A stretch of 64,000 bases of DNA. Origin: Eledone cirrhosa (Eukaryota). Location: positions 34,906,001-34,970,000 of the forward strand of contig OZ024743.1 in assembly GCA_964016885.1 (NCBI GenBank), read 5' to 3'. A program made the translations under genes and the position numbers. Positions 49,104 through 58,414 of the stretch are shown piece by piece. Below the pieces are notes generated by a model that searched no databases, was not told the origin of the DNA, and was given only the letters and a program-made list of their open reading frames with translations. The first letter of the stretch is position 1, and each line of letters opens with the position of its first letter.

Positions 49104-52100
49104 GGTGATGATGATGTTGTTCCTCCACGGGAATGGTAGGGGAAGACACAGTCGCCGGTTGTTGGTGTCGAGATGTACTGGGAGCGGAAGACATGGGTTG
49201 TTGTTGTTTCTGATGTTCTCCCACAGGAACAGCAGCAGAAGCCAGTGTCATAGGTTTTTGCCGTTGTTCAGTAACAATGGTAGAGGAAGATACAGTCATT
49301 GGTTTTTGTTGTTGTTGTTGTTGTTTTTCAATAACATTAGTGGAGGCAGGCACACAGGCCAGGCACTGAAAGGCCCAGGATTTTAGCTGGACCATCTCCC
49401 ATATTCCATCCATCATAGCATTATGATGTCTCTTTCTTTGGCCTGGGATCCTCCGGAAGCCTGTGGCGCATTGAAGGCAGACAGAGATGTGACAGGTTCC
49501 ACATTCGAACCAGCAATTACGGAACGAGTTTTCGGGTTCCGCACAGATATGGCAGATGTGGCTTTCTGGGCAATGTTCTATTTTGGAACATCGACCAGTT
49601 TTGTCGCATACTTCATCGATGGATATCACCATGGCAATTTTGTTATTTCTACCCATCCGTAGAAAAACACAGAATGTAAACAATATAGGTTTAGCGCACT
49701 TGATTACGATAGAAATAAAATGTCTGTTTTCTATTTGTTTTTTTTTGTGTATTTTGTTTCCGTTTTCCTAAATGTTGTGTGTGTGTACAGAAGAGTCTGC
49801 GCATGAAACAAATAAATATGCTGCGTAAGTTAACAAGATAAATGTTTGTTTATGTTTTGTTTTTGTATTTCTGTTTTCCTATGTATTATGTGTGTGTGTA
49901 TGCAACAAGATCTGCACACGAATATATAATTATATATATATATATAATTCTTCGAAGGCATGGGGCGGTCAAACGCCTAACACACACAACCATCATGCGC
50001 CCCCCCCCCCCCTCTCTCTCTCTCTATATATATATATATATGATAGGAATTCACTTCGCCAAATTTCATTGCTTGCTGTCTACCCCACGATATTCATGTA
50101 ACGTAATGTACAGATTTTCCTTCATTTCTCTGCCTCCACAAATCCTAATTCTAGCGTATTTTAATCCTAATTCTAGCGTATTTTCAAAACAATCCATATT
50201 TCGTATCAAGTCCAAATAGCCAATCTATCGCTAAAACAAACTACATTTTTTTGTTTTTATTAATTGTTAAATACGAAAGTTTTTGGTCGTATTGAACAGA
50301 ACAAATTTTGTATTTTTGTTAATCGCTTGTTAAATGCAAGGACCCCATTCAATCATTACCTTCTATCTAGCTACCCAACACCCCTCCCTCCCACCCCCAC
50401 GCACCACCATTGCTATTACGTGGACCAATCATAAAACAGAGCCCCCACGCATCACCAGTATTATTACGCGGACCAATCAGAAGCCAGAGGCCTATACTAT
50501 CGCTTGCCTGGTTGCCTTTCGATATATGATGGATGGATGGACTGCGGAATCCTGGAGAGTGGAGGAGAGAGAGAGAAAAATCTGGACACTCGGCGACAAT
50601 GCCAAAGATAAAGACAAATTCACCTCTTGGACGAGAATGCGAGCACTCCTCATTGTTTCGACCGCGGACGGCTAACATAACCCCATCGCCCCCCGCCCCC
50701 CACCCCCAAACGCAATCCAAAACTTCAGAGTTGGTACCATAAATGTAGGCACCCTAAAGGGTCGCGCTAACGAGGTTGTAGAAATGCTTGAACGTAAGGA
50801 GGTCGATGTTTGTTGTATTCAAGAGACCAGGTGGAGGGGTGGGTCTGCTAGGTTCATTGAGGGTAAAAAACGATGTTATAAGCTTTTCTGGGTGGGAAAC
50901 GACGATGGGCTGGGTGGAGTAGGAATCATGGTAGCAGAAAAGTGGGCAGATAAGATAATAGACGTAAATAGAGTGAACGACAGAATAATTAAAATACGAC
51001 TTGTCCTCAATAGAACTACGGTGACAGTAATATCTGCGTACGCACCCCAATCCGGACTGCCCGGCACTATAAAAGACAGATTCTATGAGACACTGATGCT
51101 AACTACCTCCCAAATATCCGACAGTGACTATATAATTATTGCAGGCGACCTAAATGGTCACGTTGGACAACATTGTGACGGCTACGACGAAATCCATGGA
51201 GGCTATGGGTTTGGTACTAGAAATGAGGAAGGCTCCAGAATCCTGGAATTCTGTGATGCAAATAACCTAACTATCTGTAACACTAACTTCAAAAAACGTG
51301 ACAATCACCTGATCACCTATAGATCCGGGGAACACACAAGCCAGGTAGATTATATCCTTACCAGAAGACGTGACAGAGTGTCTGTTGTAAACACTAAATC
51401 CCTCCCCCATGAAGAATGCACCTCCCAACATAGACTGATAATTAGCGACCTCATAGTCAGGACGAGACGTACTCGACAGCAGAAGAGGACTATCCTCAGG
51501 AGAAAAATATGGAAGCTAAAGGACCCCACAGCCAGGAATAAATTTCAAAGCATATTACTTGATGCTTTTGACAGTAAGGAAGAACATTTAGAGTCGGACA
51601 ATATAGAGGGAGAGTGGGAATTTCTGAAAGCAAACCTGCTGTTGGCGACAGACGAAGTCTGTGGCTGGAGCAGAGTAACATGGTGGTGGAACAGTAAGGT
51701 GGAGGGGTCAATTAAGGCCAAAAAGCAGGCTTGGAAAGTATGGCGGGATGGGGGAAGTAGAGAAGACTATCAAGTGGCCAGGAGGGAAGCTAGGAGACAA
51801 GTGTACTTAGCAAGAAGGGAAGCTGAGGAAAGAAAGTTCAAGCATGTTCTACAACGCGATGACCAAAAACGTGAGGTGTTCAGGATTGCTAGGCAATGCG
51901 TCAAGGAAAACCGTGATATTGTCGGGGAGAAGTGTGTACTAAACGACGATGGCACACTTGCCATCACCGACGCTGATAAGAAGGTAGCTTGGAAGTGTCA
52001 CTATGAAAGGCTACTAAATGAGGAGAATAAATGGGAGAAAGACAGTCTCCCCCATATCGACCCAATAGAGGGACCAGCAGTGTTAGTCGAGGGGAGTATA

Positions 52101-55100
52101 ATAAGTAAGGCAATCAAGGATATGAAGACGGGTAAGGCGGCTGGGCCTTCGGAAATAGTTGCTGAGATGCTGAAGGCATCTGGCACGGTGGGACACACCA
52201 TGGTCACCCGCATAGTTAACCAAGTCGTACAGAATGGGGTTGTTCCGAAGGACTGGCATAGCAGCATCATCGTTAACTGTTATAAGGGTAAAGGAGACGC
52301 CCTAGATAGGAGTAACTATAGAGGCATTAAATTAATCGACCAGGTCATGAAGGTCACGGAAAAAGTAATAGCGCAACTAATCAGAGAGAGAATTGACCTA
52401 GATGAAATGCAGTTCGGGTTTGTGTCAGGCAAAAGTACCACAGACGCTCTTTTCATAGTACGACAACTACAGGAGAAGTACCTAGCTAAAGGTAAACCCC
52501 TCTACTTAGCTTTTGTCGACTTGGAGAAAGCCTTCGACAGAGTCCCCCGCTCCATTATCTGGTGGGCTCTTAGAAAACTAGGCGTTGACGAATGGCTTGT
52601 GAGGGCTATACAACGAATATAGTGAAGAGTTTAGCGTAAAAGTTGGCATCCATCAGGGCTCTGTTCTCAGCCCACTACTATTTATTATTGCCCTTCAGGC
52701 TATAACAGAGGAGTTCAAGACCGGCTGCCCATGGGAACTCCTATACGCAGACGACCTGACACTCATAGCGGAATCAATGGCCGAGCTAGAGAAGAAATTC
52801 CAAACATGGAAGCACGGCCTAGAGTCAAAAGGACTTAAAATTAACCTGGCTAAGACCAAAGTACTAGTTTGTAGGAAAGAAAACAAGGCGGCGGTCCCTT
52901 CTGGGAAATGGTCGTGCTCGGTGTGTAGGAAAGGCGTAGGTAGAAACTCCATTTTATGTCCTAAATGCAAAGTATGGGTGCATAAAAGATGTAGTGGGAT
53001 CACAGGTAAGCTAACTAAGAACATAGATTTTACATGTGGCCGGTGCTCTGGTGCAATAAGTAGCAGCAAGTGCCCACAAAATACTAGCTCTTTCAATTGC
53101 GCAGAGGGTTCTATAGAAATAGTGGACAGCTTCCGTTACCTGGGCGATAAAATCAGCAGTGGGGGAGGGTGCTCTGAAAGTACTGTAGCTAGAGTCAGAA
53201 CTGGTTGGAAAACGTTCAGAGAGCTTATACCACTATTAGCTGCTAAAGGGTTCTCCCTAAAAATGAAAGGCAGGTTGTACGATGCCTGCATACGAACAGC
53301 AATGCTGCATGGCAGTGAGACCTGGGCATTGTGTGCAGAGGATATACGCAGACTAGAGAGGAACGAAGCTTGCATGCTCCGCTGGATGTGTAACAGTAAT
53401 ATACGTGAACGGCAAAGCATAAACGAACTAAGGAAAAAATTAGAGATAAGAGGGATCAGATGTTGTTTACTCGAGAGAAGGCTACGTTGGTATGGACACG
53501 TGATGCGCATGAAAGTCGATAGCTGTATAACAAAGTGCAGGGCAATAAAGATAGACGGTAGTCACGGAATAGGCAGACCTAGAAAAACCTGGGACGAGCT
53601 GATAAACTCCGACACCACACACTTACACCTCTCCAAGACAATGTCACTGGACCGAGACCTTTGGCGGTACTCAGTAACAGAGAAGACCCGCCTTACCTAA
53701 ATATATAGTAAAACCTACTCCAGCCAGTAGGCATCTCTAACAAAATACACCCCGTCCCACCCCCACCACCCCCACCCCCACCCCATCCACACCACCCCGT
53801 TCTATGTAAAGTTATGTTGGGTGCCGCGCCATCGAGGCCGAAACAAATGAGATCGTGTAGGTGTCACGACAAAAAAACACACAGTCCACGCTGTAATGTG
53901 GCCGTGTAGGCAACACGGTAAAAACCTCCCAGACCCACACTGTAAATGTGGTTGGTGTTAGGAAGGGCATCCAACTGTAGAAAACCTGCCAGACAGTCCT
54001 ATGCGAGCAAGACAATCACTCTTGCCTCAAGTGGGACTACCCCCGTCCAAACCCATGCAAGCGTGGAACACGGACGTTAAACGTTGATGATGATGATGAT
54101 GATGATAATTAAAAGGTGTATGTGGGTTAGAAGCGAAGTCAATGTTCAGAGATATTTTACAAATGTACGTAAGATTGGCCGGTATAGTGTCCCACACGAA
54201 ATAGTGTGGTTTCTTTTCACTTGTGTGTATATGCATGTGGTATGTATCTGTATATAGATTTATGTGTATATTGTTGTTTATAGATTTTGTGAAGTACTTA
54301 CTGCGATCCCTAAGGGATGTAGTGATTTGTTGTTTATTTTCCCCGTCCATGTCCACACGTGGTTTGTTGGCGAAAATCAAATCAAATCAAATCAAATGTA
54401 TTTTGTTAAAATAATTCTATGTTGAAGCTGGTACTAGTTGTCAGGGAACAGTCAAAGTATTTGTAATAATGAATATTGTAATCCATCTGACATGTGTTTA
54501 AAGGCAGTTTTTGGTGAAAATATTATATTTTGTTTGGTCAAGACGTGGTCAAACGTCCTTCCTTGTCGCCATTTTAAAACAAACAATTTATATATATTTA
54601 AGAATGAAGGATTATTCAATTGGTTTCAATATGAGCATTCAGTTATTTGATCAACATAATTCTCAAGCCAAATCAGCACAACACAATATATGTCAAGGCT
54701 GAAGCTTTGAATTACTGGTACAATCCATCTGATGGTCCTTCACAGTTCCCATCTACCCAATTTCACAAGTCTGGGGTTGACACAAGTTGATGGAAAAGAC
54801 ACATGCCAAAGATACACAATGGGATTAAGTCCTGGACCTCATGATTGTGAAGCTCTCAGGCACTCAGCCATACCTGTGCCCATACATTTAAAGATACATA
54901 TTTACTCATTCTACATAAACACAAACCAGTTATAATACTAAACATTTATACGAAAATTTAAGTTAAAAAGGAAAATGGTAAAATTACTCAGTATATACAT
55001 TCATACACAAACTATATATAATTACAAGTAATCTATAATAAAACTGATATTTTTCTGGCAAAGATACTACAAGAATAACTTGGATTTAGGAGGGAGCTTC

Positions 55101-58033
55101 TACATTATTACTTGACCTACTAAAATTAGCAACTAAACCTCCCTTAAATCAAACCCTAAAATCTCAAAAAAAAAACAAAAAAAAAAAACAAAAACATTTT
55201 GAATACTTAGTTCAAGATGCAATATATTTGAATAAAAGATAAGATTGCAATGACTAGAATGTCTTTGGTCATAGTTTTGCTGGATTTTGAGCTGACGAGA
55301 AGCTAAACAAAGACAACTATTTAGATGTATATAAATTCACTGAAACAACCCAACCAGATCTACATAAACCAACAATAAAATGTTAGTGTCTAAAACAAAA
55401 TCATTTTTTTTATTTTTTATTGGGAACACTGGCAGAGAAAATGTGTAAGTGTTCAATATGGTAAAATACATGAAACAAGTATAGAAAAATAGGTATGGTA
55501 AAACATGTAGAGAGGTTTTTAAAAAATGGATATGTCTGTTCCAAGCCTGGAGGCTCGTCAGACCAGAGCTTATTCTAGTTCCATTAGCATTAAGTGATTA
55601 AGAATAGAAAATTGCTCTGTGGGCAAGATGTCAGTCCACTGCAGAGTTAACTCTCAACTGCTACTGATAACCATTTTTCAGTTGAGTTGACTGGAACAAT
55701 ATGAAATAAAGTGTTTTGCTCAAGAACCCAATGTGATACACAGTCCAGGAATTGAACCCATTAAATGACAATCATAGGTCCACCACCCTAATCATTTGGC
55801 TGCACCTGTAAAGATGAAGAAAAGAAAAAAAAGAAGCCCTACCTGAATCCACTTGTTGCTCATCATCTGACGGCTGTAATCTGCCTATTTCTAACTGGGT
55901 TTGAACCCCAGATGACAGGTTAGTTGTCTTGTTTGGTTCACTGGTGGTCAGGTTGCTCTTGTTATTCTTGCCTTCAAGTTGACTAGAATTGACCATGCTG
56001 AGATTCAGGGAAGTATTTGTGGTTGATAAGCAGGAGATATTGTTTGATACAAGCAATTCTTCCAGTTTTCGACGTAGTATATTGTTAGTATTGATACAGC
56101 GTTCCATTGATTTACGGAGGTTTCGTAACTCAGCAAGGAACTCACGAATGTCAAACTTCTTTGATTTGCCTGAAGCTGGAAAGAGATAAATTTAAATCTA
56201 GAGAATTTCAGTCAACCACAACAGTAACACTAGATGTATCTTACTATGATAGCATAATGTCTCAGTAAAGGTGAGCTGAACGTTTTTAAATTGTATGTTC
56301 AGTTTTGCATGAGTACACTGTATTTCTGTCATAAAACATTGTGAGTATGAAGCCTGCCATGAAAAATGGTAGCCTTAGTATGCTTGTTGTTGGTGCTTTT
56401 TACATGAGGATGAAGTCAGAGAGTTTTAGGGGAGGAGAAAATGAATGTGCGTGATATTTATCTTTTGCCAAGAGCATTAACAATGTACATGAAATTAGAT
56501 AGTTACAATAAAAATCAAAACCAAAATGCAGACTTTGTACTTCCATATGTAAATACACATTTGCATACATATAGAAGAATAGTATATACAATATAAATCA
56601 AACTTTATGTAATACAGCCCATACAAAATTACAAAGCAGATTAACCATTTTGTGACCATATTCCTAATGATATACATTGCTTATGTGTTTCATTTAATGT
56701 TTGAAATAAAACTTTTGCGGGGCTTGATAAAATAATTGATTTTTTCATTTTAAGATGATGCTTGGAGAGTAACTTAACAAACGTTTCTTAGATAGAATTA
56801 TAGTGGGAGGGTTTAAAGTTCCAAAACAAAATTGTTTGCGCTATAAAACAAAGAGAGTCTCAGGTAGGTTGGTATCAAAATGGTTGGCTGACAATAGACA
56901 TAATTTGGTAGCAAGAAAATTAAACATACATTTATTCTTCACTTCTAGCTGCTCATACATATCCAGTTCTAACTTGAGTGTAGAATTTAAATTCTTATTC
57001 TCAGACAGTTGTTCTCTAAGGTCTTGCAGCTCCAATTCCAATCTGAAGTTAAAGAATATATAAAAATTATTAGTTACAAACAGATAAATAGACAGCCTCT
57101 TCATAAATAATAAAGACCAGGCATTTCAGAAGTGGATAAAACAACCCTCAAACCTTACCCAAATGCTTACAACAGAGTGGACTCTGCTAAACACACCCCA
57201 AAGATGATTTGGTGGTGTTAAACTGGGCAACAGATTTCATCTACCATCCAAGTAGGCCATATTGGGATTTGAACTCAGAACACAAACAGCCTGAACAAAT
57301 ATTAAAAGGCATCCTGTCCGGAGTCATAAGGAACATTGTTTATGCAGGACATAAACAAACTCCATTGGTTAGCAGTCACCTGTATTTTTTAGCAGGTCAA
57401 GTGACTCTATAGACACTCACTTGTTGGCTAGATATCTCTTGAGCTTATTGTTATGTTGTTATAATTTTATTTATTAAAACAAATAAAGAAGCTTTGCCTA
57501 TATAAATAGATAAATATTGTGGCAAAAGATTGTAAAATTAAATATATAAAAGGAAAACAAATCAAAATCAAAGAAATATTTTCTATTTTTCACACACACA
57601 CACACAGATAACCAGACACACAGGCTGTGAATTACATTTTGATCAACCAATAGAATTTCTGAAGCCTCTTCTTTCCCATATTTGTATACCATACCAACTA
57701 TTTAGATAGACAAGGACACTAAGCAACAGAAAATAATTTCAATATAAATAAATAAATATATAAAGAAGTGTGTATCTCACGTTTGTATCTGCGATCGGGC
57801 CTCATTTAACTGATCTTTTAGTTGATCAATTTGAGAATCTTTCTGGAGAAGAAGATTATTTTTGTCCTCCAACTGAGTTGTCTTGTCTTCTAAGTCCTGT
57901 GACAATTGTTCAATTCGATTGTGCCTATGGTCTAATTCAGTTTGCTGACTACTGAGGAGATTTTGTAAATAAGTTAGTTGATGTTTTTGTTCCTCTAGCT
58001 GGGCAATATCCTTAGCTACACTTGTTGGAGATC
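38063..58033 (-). CDS. Myomegalin/CDK5RAP2/centrosomin-family coiled-coil protein, 3' part (5' exons lie outside the window or were not found). Exons: 58033-57781, 57042-56930, 56175-55843, 46375-46088, 45055-44900, 44027-43855, [42339-42331], 40672-40514, 38996-38873, 38142-38063
   Basis: All exons are AG/GT flanked with matching phases. Motifs LAELRNLRKSMERCINTNNILRRKLE, LFAIGKLDDYELLRKE and LNEESRLIGNFWLSQLP resemble remembered PDE4DIP/CDK5RAP2 C-terminal blocks. Confidence 0.8.
38873..38996 (-). CDS. Myomegalin-like exon
   Basis: gtag|NEDLLSEINEIQNRYL...SVEDDLLRH-a|gtatgt. Confidence 0.85.
40514..40672 (-). CDS. Myomegalin-like exon
   Basis: atag|NPEYSILRELSLLVNNVNICLNEESRLIGNFWLSQLPARY...QNKK|gtaaga. 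Confidence 0.9.
40846..41473 (-). mobile_element. 5'-truncated RTE LINE 3' end, near-identical to 53438-54105
   Basis: Its reverse complement matches the ORF end (MRMKVDSCITKCRAIKIDGSHGIGRPRKTW), 3' UTR and (GAT)n tail of the long RTE. Confidence 0.92.
42018..42221 (+). mobile_element. piggyBac-type MITE copy
   Basis: TTAACCCTTTAGTATTTA...TAAATACTAAAGGGTTAA. Confidence 0.88.
42331..42339 (-). CDS. Candidate 9-nt microexon (LYK)
   Basis: Long pyrimidine tract then catcacag|CTCTACAAG|gtaatt. Phase 0-0, between phase-0 neighbours. Confidence 0.6.
43855..44027 (-). CDS. Myomegalin-like exon
   Basis: gtag|NSPVRISSDLRSLFAIGKLDDYELLRKE...HPTKE|gtatgt. Confidence 0.9.
44900..45055 (-). CDS. Myomegalin-like exon
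   Basis: tcag|LENNQSNN...WSFDPPGSP|gtaact, phase 1-1. Confidence 0.82.
45165..45425. repeat. Minisatellite, ~22-bp unit
   Basis: Repeated CCACTTTAACATGGCAACAGCT with degenerate flanking units. Confidence 0.85.
46088..46375 (-). CDS. Myomegalin-like exon (Ser/Asn-rich)
   Basis: gtag|HGSGDSELASS...GSDNCSK|gtgagg, phase 1-1. Confidence 0.85.
46450..49920 (-). mobile_element. CR1-like LINE: ORF1 (PHD finger, polyH/polyQ, coiled coil), endonuclease deleted, frameshifted ORF2 RT, (ATT)n tail
   Basis: ORF1 48682-49683 has CHIC...WFECGTC...CLQC...FQCLAC. RT motifs NYRPVSLTS, VYLDFAKAFNSVPH, GVPQGSVLGPLLF, YADD and ERDLG. Confidence 0.92.
48987..49120 (-). repeat. Compound trinucleotide repeat (CAY/CAA/CAG/CGG) encoding polyH-polyQ-polyR in CR1 ORF1
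   Basis: (TTG)n, (CTG)n and (TGG)n runs on the plus strand, in frame with ORF1. Confidence 0.95.
50330..54105 (+). mobile_element. Near full-length RTE-clade LINE (APE endonuclease + RT + PHD-like Cys/His finger), disabled by a deletion/frameshift at ~52620
   Basis: GTINVGTL, CCIQETRW, SAYAPQ, AGDLNGHVG, QVDYIL, SQHRL (EN). NYRGIKL, FVDLEKAFDRVP, HQGSVLSPLLF, LYADDL (RT). (GAT)n tail. The 5' boundary is approximate. Confidence 0.93.
55545..55805 (-). mobile_element. tRNA-derived SINE (distinct family)
   Basis: GGGTTCAATTCC B-box followed by a TTCTTGAGCAAAACACTTTATTTCA core. Confidence 0.6.
55843..56175 (-). CDS. Myomegalin-like exon
   Basis: ccag|SGKSKKFDIREFLAELRNLRKSMERCINTNNILRRKLEE...QQVDS|gtaggg. 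Confidence 0.9.
56930..57042 (-). CDS. Myomegalin-like exon
   Basis: tcag|LELELQDLREQLSENKNLNSTLKLELDMYEQLEVKNK|gtatgt. Confidence 0.9.
57781..58033 (-). CDS. Myomegalin-like exon (coiled coil)
   Basis: ccag|SPTSVAKDIAQLEEQ...LNEARSQIQ|gtgag. Confidence 0.88.
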
Positions 58034-58196
58034 CTGGAAACAGAACAAACAAAAGAGAAAATATTAAACTACAAAATCATTAGCTAACAGTTTAAAAGAG
58101 AAAAATATATCTACATATCATCCAAGATATAATGTATATTATTTGTACAAGTGCTATTTACATAGTTACAATATAATATATATAAGAGCAAATGCT

Positions 58197-58414
58197 TTAA
58201 CCCTTTAATGTTCAAACCGGCCAGAATTCTCTACCTCTTTCTGTTGAAACTGACTGTAACTGGCCACTCAAACTGATGTTAAGGTATTGTTCTCAAAATA
58301 AATACTTTCAAAATCTCATAGATTCGATATTATGTGAGATAATTATGCAAGATAAAGCCTTTACCATGAAAATATAATAGTATATATAGAATAATGTGAA
58401 TGCTAAAGGGTTAG
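58197..58414 (-). mobile_element. piggyBac-type MITE copy
   Basis: Same family, reverse orientation. Confidence 0.85.

Noticed and set aside
48890-49386. Poly-C, poly-V and poly-L ORFs on the plus strand
   Set aside because: They are antisense read-throughs of the CR1 ORF1 trinucleotide repeat.
55806-55842. Strong-looking acceptor (pyrimidine tract-ACAG|GT) 37 nt after the donor at 55842
   Set aside because: The intron would be too short, and the following sequence is a SINE head with an early stop.
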